Source: the human T2T-CHM13v2.0 reference genome, Homo sapiens
DNA: 64,000 nucleotides
Assembly (NCBI RefSeq): GCF_009914755.1
Contig: NC_060925.1
Direction: 5' to 3' (one strand)
Part shown: positions 37,376-60,906 of the stretch, piece by piece
How the letters are laid out: each line of letters starts with the position of its first letter
How positions within the stretch are numbered: the first letter of the stretch is position 1
Made by a program: the position numbers and the translations under genes
Notes under the pieces: model-generated
Database searches by the model: none
Told to the model about the DNA's origin: nothing
The model's input: the letters and a program-made list of their open reading frames with translations, nothing else

Positions 37376-38177
37376 TGGACTGGATATGTGAAAACCATAA
37401 CAGATTCCACCTGCATGGAATTATCTGTGGCACTTGCTGAAAAATTAGAATAATGCCTCAGCTCACAAGGGGCAAGGCAAACTTTTCAAATGAAAATTTT
37501 TAAATCTACTTAAAACTACCTATGCCTTCCATAAGCATTAATGAGTCTAGTAGATAAAAGGATGATTCTGTAGATGCCAGTGGAATTTGGGATTCAGTGT
37601 CTGGCATAGTTATCTTCACAGGGAACTGCAGAAGCTATTACTTAAATTGTTCTGATAAAATCATGTTTTATCTTGGGAGAATTAAGAATGCTATTCTTAT
37701 GTTAAAATAAGTGATGGTAGAGAAAGCAGGGAATATAATCAGTAAAATTTGTATGGGTTTAGTAAATTTTTTGCATTTACCCAAAGTTCTATTTAAGTCT
37801 ACTTTCTTTATATAAATGCACAATTTCTTAGAAGAATTTTCAAGAAAGGGAGAGGAAAGCTAATGAGTGCTTCAAAGCTAATAAAAATATAGTTTTTTCA
37901 GGAAAAATGATACTAGGCTTAGTATTGCTTAAAGTTCTTGTTCACGATTGAACGAATGAATAAAAACTATACTCATTAAATATTTAATATCACCATGTTG
38001 GGTGGAGTGATTCAAACCTTGAAAAACAGGCTTAGAATATTTTATGAGTATGACAGTTTGGAGTAGCTTGATGAAAACAGGATGAAGTTGTTATTACCAC
38101 CACTTTGGATGGATAGTGTCATGTTGACTTATCTGTGAGGAACTTGGGGAGCTTTCACATACTTATTTTCAAAACTA

Positions 38178-38544
<367 letters not shown>

Positions 38545-38631
38545 TCAAAAAAAAAGAAGAAGGTTGTAGTTAGTGAAAGATAGAAACTGAACATAGGCTT
38601 TTCAACTCTCAGGTCCAGACCTCTGTTCCTT

Positions 38632-38822
38632 ACAGTAGTGTTTGCAAACTGGTGTTCTCCTCAGGATCACCTAGAAAGCTTATGATAACAGACTGCTGGA
38701 CACTACCCGTAGAGTTTCTGATTTTAGTAAGCCTGGGATGGGCTTGAGAATTTGCCTTTCTAATAGGTTCCCAGATGACACTGATGCTGCTCTCCAGGGA
38801 GCACACATTAAGAGCCTCTGCT
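38632..38822. mobile_element. MER5A (hAT-Charlie) MITE
   Basis: CAGTAGTG…GAGTTTCTGATTTTAGTAAGCCTGGGATGGGCTTGAGAATTTGCCTTTCTAATAGGTTCCCAGATGACACTGATGCTGCT…. Confidence 0.75.
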
Positions 38823-39720
38823 CTACACCAGTGGCATACCACCCTTTTCAAGTTAAGGCAACATATAAAATGATAATTTGTGTATGATACCCTGGACTAA
38901 ACTGCAGAGCTCATTCTTAGCTTGAGGTAAATAGCCCAAAACAATAGACCTTGTAACTGAGGAATCAGTATTAGTCCATGAGGGGTCCTCAACAAAAGAA
39001 GAAAAATAGAACAGTTCACAGAGCATTTCTTAGAGCTAAATAGATTTAATTTAAAGGACTCTCTTTTATTCTAAAATTACAACCTTCCTAATCCTTTGGT
39101 GTTAAAATGCCATTTCTTTCACAAAAGGATTATGATCATAAATGGTTTACTTAATATCAAGCCTTATTTGGAAATCTTAGAAAATGACAACCTCAAAAAA
39201 ACACTAGAAAAAAAACCAACAATCTGAGGTTGATCAAGATTTTTGTTATTGTTTTGGTCACTGAAATCCAAAAGTTTGGAAATCATTGCTTCAGAAGTAC
39301 TACTGTCTTCTCATCCATATAACATGGAGTATTACGACTAAGGAAAAACCACCAGCAATAGCTGAACGGGTGAAAGGGAATTATTACCCATCCCAGAAAC
39401 ACTCTGAAATTTTTCCACAGAACTACAGCCAGATGCTGTTGTCAGGGTATATATACCAGAATTTACTTCCTTAACATATATGCCTTCCTCAAATTACCAA
39501 ATAGAATTTATTTTATTAATTCAAAAGTAAAAATATTCATTTATGGTCTCATCAGGAATGAGTTTTGTTGTAGATGGAATAGCTAACAGCTATTTTTAGA
39601 GAATCAGCAAAAATCCAATCTTTCCAAAAATATCTCTTTCACTGCTCCTAAAATTCACATTTTTAGAATCTTTTTGTGTGTGTATGCAGTGTTTTTCTAG
39701 AAAGCCTTTTTTAAAATTTA

Positions 39721-41322
<1,602 letters not shown>

Positions 41323-41694
41323 CTAGCCTTTTACTTTGAACATCTCCAATTTTGGAGATTTAGGACAAATACAGTTTTATTTAAGGGAAGTTTTTGAGAG
41401 TGTTTGAGAATACTGAGTGGGATGAAACTAAAGGGTTTGAGTAGAAGGTTAGAGGTTGGTGATCAAAAGAACTACTTTTTTTTTTTTTTTCCTGTCAGCA
41501 GGGAAAAAATAACTACCCTTTAATTACTTTACCAGTTTTACTCCTGTGTGATCTGATGATCCACTTCTTACAGGTCATCTGGAGCCCTCCAAAGGGACTT
41601 TGCTGAAACAACACCAACACCTTTGCTGAGTCATTGTGGGCTTTGGTGAAACTATAGGAATATATACTGTCATGATACAGGGTGAAGGCTTCTC

Positions 41695-41830
41695 ATCTAA
41701 TAAACATATATTGAGGGTCCACTAGATGCCAGGTACTGTGCACAGCCCTGTGGATGATATGTTGATGGAGACAAGGTTGCCCTGCCATCAAGGAGCCCAT
41801 GATATAGTGGAGAGTGAACATGGGAAGCTG
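41695..41830 (-). mobile_element. L2 3'-end fragment
   Basis: TAAACATATATTGAGGGTCCACTAGATGCCAGGTACTGTGC…CCCTGCCATCAAGGAGCCCA. Confidence 0.6.
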
Positions 41831-41883
41831 AGGTGCAAAGGGAACATAAGAGGTGTGCATACCAATAAAAATTAGAGACAGTA

Positions 41884-42196
<313 letters not shown>

Positions 42197-43010
42197 TCAA
42201 ATAGTCAGAGACTTGGATACCAGCTGAGTCCATGCCAGTTTGTAGTATGATCTTGGGCAAAGTCACCTAGCTTCTGTGGCCTTGCCTTTTCCTTCTGAAA
42301 AATGGTAAAGATGCTATATTTTTTCCCCTGTCACCTCAGGTGGTATAAGGAGAATATGACTTCAAGGACAAAAAACACTTTGATTTCTTCAAAGGACTTT
42401 GCAATTGCTATAAAAATTCAAGATGTCAGTATTGACAGTTTTATAACACAGAGCTAAGATATCTAGATACCATTATCAGGATATGGTAACAATACCCACT
42501 AATACTTATTTTATGCTATCTGAATGTTTAAATTTTTTAATGGAGTACTGTTATACAAAATAACTTTTTTTTTTTTGAGTCAGAGTCTTGTGCTGTCCAG
42601 CCTGGAGTGCAGTGGCATGACCTTGACTCACTGCAGCCTCCGCCTCCCAGGTTCAAGAGATTCTCGTGCCTCAGCCTCTCCTGAGTAGCTGGGATTATAG
42701 GTGCCCACCACCACACCTAGCTAATTTTTGTAATTTTTTTTTTTTTTTTTTAGTAGAGACGGGGTTTCACCATGTTGGCCAGGCTGGTCTCGAACTCCTG
42801 ACCTCAAGTAATCTGCCCACCTCGGCCTCCCAAAGTATTGGGATTACAGGTGTGAGCCACCGTGCCAGCCACAAGATAACTTTTTATCAGATTTTTTTTG
42901 TCTCTATTCATATTAACTACACCAAGATCAAGTTACAAAAAGTTGTCAGCCGGGTGCCATGGCTCACGCCTGTAATCCCAACACTTTGAGAGGCCAAGGC
43001 AGGTGGATCA

Positions 43011-43289
<279 letters not shown>

Positions 43290-43508
43290 TCATCAGTCTT
43301 CCTACACCTCTGTACATTTATTAAGCCTTCTATTTGAATAAATATAAACTTCATTTCAGGATAAAATATATAGGGAATGGCAAAACTATGAAATTATTTA
43401 ACTTGCTTAAAAGATTAAAACTGAACTCAACTTTAATTCTAGGCCCTGGGCCGGCCCTTCAAAGCATTGGAAAGTCGTGAAATTGATGTGTTGCTCTCTC
43501 TTTTCCAG

Positions 43509-44106
43509 CTGAACTGTCCCAAGCAATAAACAGTGGTACATTGTTATCAAAACCGTCCCCACCCTTACCACCTAAGAGAGGCATTCCATCAACCTCAGTA
43601 CCCACCTTGGAGTCTGCTGCTGCCATCACCACAAAAACACCAAGTGATGAAAGAGAGAAGAGCACGTGTTCTATGGGCTCGGAACTACTACCAATGATCT
43701 CACCTCGCTCTCCGTCCCCCCCACTGCCTACTCATATACCTCCAGAGCCTCCACGCACCCCTCCATTCCCTGCTAAGACTTTTCAAGTTGTGCCAGAAAT
43801 TGAGTTTCCACCATCCTTAGATCTACACCAGGAGATTCCCCAGCAGGAAGATCAGAAAAAGGAAGTCCCCAAGAGGATACTGGACCAGAACTTTGGGGAG
43901 CCCCATATACCCTCTAGGCTGCCTCCACTCCCACTGCATATTCGAATCCAGCAGGCCCTCACCAGCCCACTTCCCATGACTCCTATTCTGGAGGGTTCTC
44001 ACAGAGCTCATTCGTTGCTTTTTGAAAACAGTGACAGCTTTTCTGAGGACAGCAGTACGCTGGGTCGGACCAGGTCTCTTCCCATCACTATTGAAATGCT
44101 AAAAGT
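43509..44106 (+). CDS. PHACTR4: PHACTR4 coding exon, Pro-rich region (AELSQAINSG...SLPITIEMLKV)
   Basis: Pyrimidine tract + CAG ending at 43508, donor GT|GTAAGT. 598 nt, phase 1-2. Confidence 0.96.
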
Positions 44107-44498
44107 GTAAGTGCCTTTAAAGCTTGCCTCTTATTTCTCCTTTACTCTAGATAGCCCTGCTTGGAAAAAATTACTTATAAAAAGAAAATGTGGGCCGGGC
44201 CTAGTGGCCCACACCTGTAAGCCCAGCACTTTGGGAAGCTGAGGCAAATGGACCGATCACCTGAGGTCAGGAGTTCAAGACCAGCCTGGCCAATACAGTA
44301 AAACCCTGTCTCGATGAAAATAACAAAAATTGGCCAGGCGTGGTGGCACATACCTGTAATCCCAGCTACTCGGGAGGCTGAGGCAGGAGAATCGCTTTAA
44401 CAGGGAGGTGGAGGTTGCAGTGAGCCAAGACTGTGCCACTGTACTCCAGCCTGGGCGACAAAGCGAGTCTCTGTCTCACAGAAAAAAAGAAAATGTGA

Positions 44499-44804
<306 letters not shown>

Positions 44805-45700
44805 TAAATTTAAAGTACAAAGAATACTCTGCCAAAAGAATAAGTTATAGAATTTGGACTCTTTCTTTTTTTAATCTTACCTTAAAACTTTATTTTTATT
44901 TATTTATTTATTTATTTATGTTTGAGACAGGTTCTCACTCTCTCACTCAAGCTGGAGTCAGTGGTGCAGTCTTGGCTCACTGCAACCTCCATCTCCTGGG
45001 CTCAAGCAATTCTCCCTCCTCAGCCTCCCGAGTAACTGTGACTACAGGCGCATGCCATCACACCCAGCTAATTTTTATATTTTTTGTTAGAGATGGGATT
45101 TTGCCATGTTGCCCAGGCTCACCCTGAACTCCTGGGCTCAAGCAGTCTGCCTGCCTCAACCTCCCAGAATGCTGGGATCATGGGTGTGAGCCACTGCGCC
45201 TGGCCAAATTTTGATTTTTTACTCTTGTGATTTTTTTTTTTTCATGGAGATTTTTGTGATGACACAAAATTTACAAAATTATGTACATGAAAAATTACAA
45301 CCGCTAGTTTTATATACTACAGGGAAGGCATTGTATAATGTTGTGCTTAAGAGCATTCACCTTGGAGTGAGATAGCCCTGGGTTCAAATTGCAGCACTAC
45401 CACTCTTAGCTTATAGTAGTGTTAAGTTACTGAAGCCTTCTGCTCTTTAGTTATATCATCTCTAAATGGGAATAATATTTACTCTGTAGGCTTGTGAGAA
45501 TGACATTAGACAAATTCTGGAAAGCACCAGTGCCTAATAAGTGGTAAAGCTGGGATCTGAACCCTTAGATTAATACCTGCTAAAAAGTTTCTTAGTAAGA
45601 TTGTTAAAGTTAAGGGAGAGAATTAATTATAAGTTACTTCATCCATAGATTTTTTTGTATTTATGGTTATTTCAGTCCTTTGTCTTTTTTTTTTTTTTGA

Positions 45701-46246
<546 letters not shown>

Positions 46247-46744
46247 GTAAGAAAGGGAGGGAAAAGCAAAACAGAGAATTCTTTTCCAGATAAAACTATT
46301 TGCTGATCTTAGCAAGTGTCAAAAGAGATATGGAAACAGGTACCTTCTCCCATTAAGTCATCTGGCTAACTGATGTTGGAAGCCACTGTGAAGGACTCCT
46401 TGTCCCTATTATCACCCCTCTGTTAAAACAAGCCAAGACAGGGATCCAAGTAGATTGAGTCACTCAGGTTTTAGGTTTTTTGTTTTTTTTTGTTTTAATT
46501 TTTTTTTTTTTTTTTGGACAAGGTTTTGATCTGTCACCCAGCTGGAGTACAGTGGTGCAATCGTCGCTCACTGTAGCCTCCAACTCCTGGACTTAAGTGA
46601 TCCTTACGCCTCAACCTCCCAAATAGCTAGGACAGATGTGTGCCACAACTGGTTAGGTTTCTTTGATTTTTTGTTTTGTTTTTTGTTTTTGTAGAGACAG
46701 GGTCTCGTTAGGTTGCCTAGCCTGTTCTTTTTTTTTTTTTTTGA

Positions 46745-46903
<159 letters not shown>

Positions 46904-47002
46904 TAGTAGAGATGGGGCTTCACCATGTTGGTCAGACTGGTCTCAAACTCCCGACCTCAGGTGATCTGCCTGCCTCGGCCTCCCAAAGTGCTGGGATTAT
47001 AG

Positions 47003-47307
<305 letters not shown>

Positions 47308-47429
47308 TAGGTGTGAGCCACTGTGCCCAGCTGCCCAGGCTGTTATTGAACTCCTGACCTCATGTGATCCCCCTGCCTTGACCTCCCAAAGCTCTAGGAT
47401 TACAGGCATGAGCCACCGTGCCTAGCCTA

Positions 47430-48932
<1,503 letters not shown>

Positions 48933-49431
48933 TCAGGTTTTTGTTTGCCCCCAATTTTAAAACTATTCACCTAAGTGCCTCTAATCCCAGCACTTTGGGA
49001 GGCCGAGGCCGGTGAGGTCAGGAGCTTGAGACCAGCCTGGCCAACATGGTGAAACCCCATCTCTTCTAAAGATAGAAAAAATTAGCCAGGCATGGCTGGC
49101 CACGGTGGCTCACACCTATAATCCCAACACTTTGGGAGGCCGAGGCAGGCGGATCACCTGAGGTCAGGAGTTCGAGATCAGCCTGGCCAATGTGGTGAAA
49201 CCCCATCTCTACTAAAAATAAAAAATTGGCTGAGCATGGTAGCAGGCGCCTGTAATCCCAGCTACTCAGGAGGCTGAGGCAGGAGAATTGCTTGAACCCA
49301 GGAGACGGAAGTCGCAGTGAGCCAAGACTGTGCCACTACACTCCAGCCGGGGTCACAGAGCGAGACTCTGTCGCAAAAAAAAAAAAAAAAAGCCAGGCAT
49401 GGTGACAGGCACCTGTAACCCCAGCTACTCA

Positions 49432-49698
<267 letters not shown>

Positions 49699-50405
49699 TT
49701 AGCTGGGCGTGGTGACCCACGCCTATAATCTCAGCTACTCAGGAGGCTAAGGCAGGAGAATCACTTGAACCTGGGAGGCGGAGGTTGCAATGAGCTGAAA
49801 TCGTGACACTGCACTCCAGCCTGGGCAACAAGAGCAAAAGCTCTGTCTCAAACAAACAAACAAACAAAAAAACCAACAACAATATGGAGTAGAGGAAAGG
49901 TGGCACATGGGCTAAGGTGAAAAGATAAAAGTGATGTTTTCCCTTTGGTCTAATGAACTTATTGCCACAGGGCAGAGAAAAATAAACATTTTCATACCCT
50001 CACATCTTTGCAAATAATTGAGTCCTGATTAATTGAAGTAGAAAGGCAGCTTTAAAAACAGATAGACTATGAGGTGTTAGTATGAAAGCCTTTATGTTTT
50101 AATTCAGAGGGCTGTCCCATGCTTAGATTCTCTCTCCTGTAGCAACTCTTACCAAGGAGGAAAAATGTAGAGGCCTGATAGAAGAGAAAAGATACCTTTT
50201 AACCATCTTAGTCCACCTGGCTAAAAAGATTTTTAGGTGTCTTTAGCTTTACCCCCACCTCAGTGTTCAGCTGGATCATTTGAGGCCAGGTGGGAACTGG
50301 GAATTAAATATTGTATTTGTTCAGACTCTTGACTAGCTCCAGGTAAGGTTGAACCTTTGGCTTTAAGCCTCAAGTTCTACATTTTTTTCTTCCCCGTGTG
50401 CAAAG

Positions 50406-50559
50406 GTGCTCTCGCCAACAAAGTGAAGAGGAAAGACACACTGGCAATGAAGTTGAACCACAGACCCAGTGAACCAGAGTTGAACCTGAATTCTTGGCCT
50501 TGTAAAAGCAAGGAGGAGTGGAATGAAATACGGCACCAGATTGGAAACACACTGATCCG
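50406..50559 (+). CDS. PHACTR4: PHACTR4 coding exon (SALANKVKRKDTLAMKLNHRPSEPEL...GNTLIR)
   Basis: AAG acceptor ending at 50405, donor CG|GTAGGC. 154 nt, phase 1-2. Degenerate RPEL-like repeat. Confidence 0.95.
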
Positions 50560-51019
50560 GTAGGCCTTTGCTTAGATTTGCTTGATTGATTTGGTTATGC
50601 CAGTATTTGTGTTAGATGTTGTTAGATGTGTTGTTTTTTTGTGTGTGTTTTGTTTCGTTTTCTGAGACAGGGTCTTGCTCTGTCACCCAGGCTGGAGTAG
50701 TGGCGCGATCTCGGCTCACTGTAACCTCCACCTCCCAGGTTCGAGCAATTCTCCTGCATCAGTCTCCTGAGTAGCTGGCGTTATAGGCACCTGCCACCAC
50801 GCCAGGCTAATTTTTGTATTCTTAGCAAAGACAGCGTTTCGCCATGTTGGCCGGGCTGGTCTCGAACTGCTGGCCTCAAGTGATCACCCACCTTGGCCTC
50901 CACAAGTGCTGGGATTACAGGCATGAGCCCCTATACCTAGTCTATATGTTTACTTTGTTGTGGAGTATTCATTTATCTTTTTTAGTGTGATTTTTTTTTC
51001 TTTTCAGACAGAGTCTTGA

Positions 51020-51166
<147 letters not shown>

Positions 51167-51284
51167 TAGAGACAGGGTCTCTCTGTGTTTCCCAGGCTGG
51201 TCTCAAACTCATGGCCTCAAACATTCCTCCCACGTTGCCCTCCGAAAGTCCTGGGATTATAGGTGTAAGCCACCACACCCATCA

Positions 51285-52174
<890 letters not shown>

Positions 52175-53538
52175 TGAGATAGACATATGGTTTTGCAAAA
52201 GTTTCTACATAAATCAGAATGGTTCCCAGAACAGAAAGGCTCCTCTGTCACTTTTTTTATCTGGTTGCTTAACCATAAGATGCCAACCCAATTAACAGTC
52301 ACACCCATATTTGCATTATATCTGTTTCATATGTTCCGTGTAACTGCCTCCTTTCAAAGTGTTGGTATATTTTTCAAGTCAACTGGAACCAAAAGTATAG
52401 AGAAACTGAATGCAAGCCAGCTTTCTGCATATGTAACAGTGTAAGAATCCAGGTTGTATAGATGGGTTTTTGTTTGACACAGATGTTTCTCCCAGTAAAG
52501 AGAGGATAAGGAGCTGGAACTCGTGGCACAGTTCCCTACAAAATAATTAATTGATCATGTCTACTAATTAAAATTTCTTTTTCTGTACTATTGCAGATAC
52601 CTGGTTTTGGCTGGGCAAGGTGGCTCACACCTATAATCCCAACATTTTGGGAGGCTCACTTGAGGTGGGAGGCTCACTTGAGCCCAGGAGTTTCAGAGCA
52701 ACCCGGGCAACAAAGTGAGATCCCATCTGTACAAAAAATTAAAAAATTAGCTGGGCATGGTGGCACATACCTCTAGTCCAGCTATTCTGGAAGCTTAGGT
52801 AGAAGGATCACTTGAGCCTGAGAGATCAAGGCCGCAGTATGCTGTAATTGCACCACTGCACTCCACCCTGGGTGACAGAGCAAAACCCTGTCTCAAAAAA
52901 AAAAAAAAAGAGACACCTGGCTTTACTGTGTATGCTGTACCTCAGGGCAAGTTTTCCCTTTGTCTTCTAATAGACACTTTTTGGATCCAGAAATTGTTCT
53001 CTGCAATTTCTTTACTTAAACATAATTATCAGCCTGTATGACCTCTGTGGTCTGACTACTTTGAAATTAAGGGAGAAGGCTGGGCACGGTGGCTCACTCC
53101 TGTAATCCCAGCACTTTGGGAGGCTGAGGTGGGCGGATCACTTGAGCCCAGGAGTTCGAGGCAACATGACAAGACCCTGTCTCGACAAAAAAACAAAAAA
53201 CTTAGCCAGACATGGTGACACACGTTTATGGTCCCAGCTACTCAAGAGGCTGAGGCAGGGGGATTGCTTGAGCCCAGGAGGGGCTCAAGGTCGGCCCAGG
53301 AGGTCAAGACCCAGGCGATCAAGGCCCAGGAGGTCAAGACTGCAGTGAGCTGTGCTCATGCCCCACTGCACTCCAGCCCAGTCATCAGAGCAAAACCTTG
53401 TCTCAAAAAAAAGTAAAGAAAGACATGTTTATTATATGGTAGTTTGAAAAATTACAAAAAAAAGAGATAAATCATGGCCGGACGCGGTGGCTCACGCCTG
53501 TAATCTCAGCACTTTGGGAGGCCGAGGCGGGTGGATCA

Positions 53539-54109
<571 letters not shown>

Positions 54110-54409
54110 CTACTAAAAATACAAAAATTAGCCAGGCGTGGTGGCGCCCACCTGTAATCCCAGCTACTCAGGACACTGAGGCAAGAGAATCACTTGAACC
54201 CAGGAGGCAGAGGTTTCAGTGAGCTGAGATCACACCATGGCACTCCAGTCTGGACGACAGAGTAAGACTCCATCTCAAAAAATAATAAATAAAATAGCCA
54301 GGCATGGTAGCATGCCCCTGTAGTCCTAGCTACGTGGGAGGCTGTGGCAGCAGAACTACTTAAGCCCAGTAGTCTATATACTAGACAGGGCATAAATATA
54401 GTTATATTT

Positions 54410-54577
54410 AATATATTTAATATATGTGTGTATGTGTATATATATGTGTGTATGTGTATATATATGTGTGTATGTGTATATATGTGTGTATGTGTATATA
54501 TATGTGTGTATGTAATATATATGTGTGTATGTAATATATATGTGTACGTGTGTGTATATATGTCCATATATATATAT
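54410..54577. repeat. Compound (TA)/(TG) minisatellite-like repeat (unit about TATATGTGTGTATGTG)
   Basis: Direct reading; explains the HTYTY/CVYVY ORFs in the track. Confidence 0.9.
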
Positions 54578-54704
54578 GGATTTGATGGCCATATAAACTC
54601 TCTCTTTTTTTTTTTCCTACCTTTAAAAATATAAAAACATGGGTCGGGCGCAGTGGCTCATGCCTGTAATCCCAGCACTTTGGGAGGCCGAGGCGGGTGG
54701 ATCA

Positions 54705-55952
<1,248 letters not shown>

Positions 55953-56151
55953 TTAAAAAAACACACACAATAAGAGACCACCACGAGTACACTAGGATGG
56001 CTAAAGTTATGCAATTTAAAAGACTGACAAGGCCGGGTGTGGTGGCTCACCCCTGTAATCCCAGCACTTTGGGAGGCCGAGGCAGGCAGATCACCTGAGG
56101 TTGGGAGTTCGAGACCAGCCTGATCAACATGGAGAAACTTCATCTCTACTA

Positions 56152-56376
<225 letters not shown>

Positions 56377-57134
56377 TCACAGGTGATATATGGCAAAAGT
56401 GGCCAAATTGTACATGTTAAGTATGTACACAGTTGTACATATTTACAGTATTATTGTGTCAGTTATATCGTATTAAAGCTGGTTTGTTTTTTGTTTTTTG
56501 TTTTTTGTTTTTCCGAAGAACATTTAAAAAGGAAGGCCCAGGCCAGGCATGGTGGCTCATGCCTGTAATCCCAACACTTTGGGAGGCTGAGGTAGGAAGA
56601 TCACTTAACGTCTGGAGTTCAAGACCAGCCTGACCAACATGCTGAAACCCCATCTCTATTAAAAGTTAGCTGGGCCTAGTGGTGCATGCCTGTAGTCTCA
56701 GCTACTCAGGAGGCTGAGGCAGGGCAATCACTTGAACCCAGGAGGCTGAGGTTGCAGTGAGCCAAGGTGGCGCCAGTGCACTCCAGCCTGGGCGACAGAG
56801 TGAGACTCTGTCTCAAAAAAAAAAACAGGAAGGTCCAGCTGGGTGTGGTGGCTAACATCTCTAATTCCAGCCCTTTGGGAGGCTGAGCTGGGGGAATCAC
56901 TTGAGCCCAGGAATTTGAGACCAGCCTGGGCAATATGGCAAAACTCCATCACTACCAAAAATAAAAAAATTAGCCAGCCCAGTCTCTAAATAAATAAATA
57001 CATACATACATACATACGTACTTTTTAAAAAATAAAATGGGGCGGGGCACAGTGGCTCACGCCTGTAATCCCAGCACTTTGGGAGGCCGAGGCAGGCGGA
57101 TCACAAGGTCAGGAGATTGAGACCATCCTGGCTA

Positions 57135-57383
<249 letters not shown>

Positions 57384-58290
57384 TCATTTGAGCCTAGGAG
57401 GTGGAGCTGCAGTGAGCTGTGATCGCACCACTGCACTCTAGCCTGGGTACAGAGTGAGACCCTGACACACACACAAAAAAAAAAAAAAAAAAAGGAAGGT
57501 CTTGTTCAGAAAGAAAAGTTGTATATAGAATGGGACTGGAAGTTCCTTATGCAAGCAACAGAAGAGTTGAAAATTTTGCAAGTACTAGCTAATTAGCCCA
57601 AATACTGTCTGAGAAGTATAAATTAAAAGTAAGAAATGAATAACTTTCTGATTTCAAAAATGACAAATTGTAGTTTTTTGTTGTTTTTTTTTTTTTTTTT
57701 TTTTTTTTTGAGATGGAATCTCACTCTGTCGCCCAAGCAGGAGTGCAGTAGCATGAGCTTCAGCTCACTGCAACCTCCATCTCCCAGGTTCAAGCATTCT
57801 CCTGCCTCAGCCTCCCGAGTAGCTGGGACTACAGGAGCACGCCACAACATCCGGCTAATTTTTGTATTTTTCAGTAGAGACAGGGTTTCACCATGTTGGC
57901 CAGGCTGGTTTTGAGTTCCTGACCTCAGGTGATCCACCTGCTTCAGCTTCCCAAAGTGCTGGGGATTACATGCATGAGCCACCACACCTGGCCAACAAAT
58001 TGTTATTGGTGAATAACATCTCAGAACTGTGATGAGGTGAGATAACTTTATCAAATGCTTCACAGAGAAGACTGAGATTTAAATCATAGAATTATAGAAT
58101 ATCACACAGAAAGAGACAAACTTAAATTCCAGTGGTTCCTAAACCACTGATTTAAAAACCTAGCTGGGCATGGCCAGGCGTGGTGGCTCACGCCTGTAAT
58201 CCCAGCACTTTGGGAGGCCGAGGCAGGCGGATCACAAGGTCAGGAGATCGAGACCATCCTGGCTAACACGGTGAAACCCCGTCTCTACTA

Positions 58291-58425
<135 letters not shown>

Positions 58426-59125
58426 CTAGGTGACAGAGCAAGACTCCATCTCAAAAATAACCTAGCTGGACATAATGGCTTGCGCCTATAATCCCAGCAG
58501 TTTGGGGGGCCAAGGCGGGAAGATAGCTTGAGCCCAGGAGGAGTTCAAGACTATCCTGGGCAACAGAGTGAGACCCTCATCTCTATTTTCAAAAAATTGT
58601 AAAAAAAAAAAATCTAAAGAGGGGCATCTGAGTCATAGAAGAAGTTTTGTGAAAAAAAAAATCTATATATAGATATATGTAATTTCATTTTTCATCCTGA
58701 TTTTCTGAATCAGAATTTCTGTTAACGTTTCTTGGGAATCTGTGTTTTCTAAAAAGTCTCTAATGCTTCTGAAGGAGCAAATTTGTTTAGGAGCCACCAG
58801 TTCGGTCCAAACCTTCGCTTCACGGATGAGGACACTCAAGGTCTAACTGAACTTTTTTGTGCTAATAGCTCTTATCAAGGTCTAGAACTAGAATCCTGGC
58901 CACTTGTTTGCATATACAGTTCCTTTTTATAATGTGATATCTGTGTTAACACTTTTAATGTGAAATTGTTTTATAAACAATCATAAATAAATGAAATATA
59001 TCAGTTTGAAAATTTGTTGATTTCTTACTTATATAGGGGCTAATATATACTGTGACCAAAAAAATCTTTATAAACAAGATTGGGAGGTTTAACATAAACA
59101 TTACCTTTATTTATCTCATTTTTAG

Positions 59126-59181
59126 GCGACTGAGTCAAAGACCAACACCAGAAGAACTAGAACAACGCAATATATTGCAAC
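59126..59181 (+). CDS. PHACTR4: PHACTR4 coding exon, RPEL motif (RLSQRPTPEELEQRNILQ)
   Basis: TAG acceptor ending at 59125, donor C|GTGAGT. 56 nt, phase 2-1. Confidence 0.96.
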
Positions 59182-59961
59182 GTGAGTCCAGTTATGGAAA
59201 TAAAGTTGTATAGATTTTCTTTGTATGTTTCTGACTTTAATATACATAAAAGAAAAAAGAAGCGTTTGCTACAAGGGCTAAGGGAGAGTGTTCCAGCCAG
59301 GCAAGGACTATTTATTTCCCCATGAAGGAACAGAGCTTACCAAGCTTCCTTTGGAAGATGCTATTATGGTATTGTTTAGTGTGCTGTGATACTCTAGAAA
59401 GCTTTGTTTCAGTGTTCTCACTGTATCCTGGAACTGCCTTGGGCATTTGGGAGGCTTTGACAGTATATGGGAGATGTGCCCAATTTTTCTGTTTTCAGGG
59501 AGCTAAGGAGGTAGCTGTGCATATGGAGACCTTCCTATTCCTAGAATGTGAGGGCTGGGGCCCAAAGCAAGTCCCAAATGCAGCAGCTTTTCTCTTGGTT
59601 TAATCCCTTAAGACTTTCTTACCTCTGTAGTTACCAAATGGGACCATATATTTAATTTGCTGTCTGTGTACATAATTAATTTCCTGAAATAGCATTCTAA
59701 TCTAGTACATATTTCATTTGTTTTTCCAGAATATAGAGTGAAATTTGGCCTTAAAAGTCTCCTCACTGAGAAGGTTTGGGCTTCCTTGGGGCTATTTGTG
59801 AGCATGTTCAGTCTGACCAATCCATCCCCTGTTCTCTCAGCACTACTTGGGTATACACAACTTAATAACTTAGTACATTTTCTAGTGTGGGAGCCCTTAT
59901 AACGTATCACACAAAACTCAGTGTGATCACCATTGTCCATTCTTAGCAGTTACTCTTGAGC

Positions 59962-60152
59962 AAGAATCTGCAGGCTTTTCCTTAAAGCATACATAGTAAA
60001 CATTTTGGGTTTTGCAGGCCAAAAAGCAAATGAACAACTATACGTAATAGGTCCTTACAAAACCATTTAAAAATGTGAAGACTATTCTTAGTTCATGGGC
60101 AGGAAAAATACAGGCAACTGGCGAGATGTGGTGCCATAGTTTGCTGACTCTT
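59962..60152. mobile_element. MER58-like hAT MITE
   Basis: …ATAGTAAACATTTTGGGTTTTGCAGGCC…GCCATAGTTTGCTGACTCTTG. Confidence 0.6.
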
Positions 60153-60324
60153 GCTTTTAAGTATTTGTATCGTTGACAAGAAAATTGTTTTGTTTAGCCA
60201 TCCCCAAAGTTAGTATTTTATTCTGATTTGGGCCTATAAGAAATATCTGGGCCGAGGCGAGTGGATCACAAGGTCAGGAGATCGAGACCATCCTGGCTAA
60301 CATGGTGAAACCCCGTCTCTACTA

Positions 60325-60906
<582 letters not shown>

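Noticed and set aside
54190-54634. His/Thr/Tyr- and Cys/Val/Tyr-repeat ORFs
   Set aside because: Translations of the TA/TG simple repeat.
59322-59940. Non-Alu ORFs of 93 and 110 aa
   Set aside because: No recognisable homology or exon boundaries; lengths are within chance.
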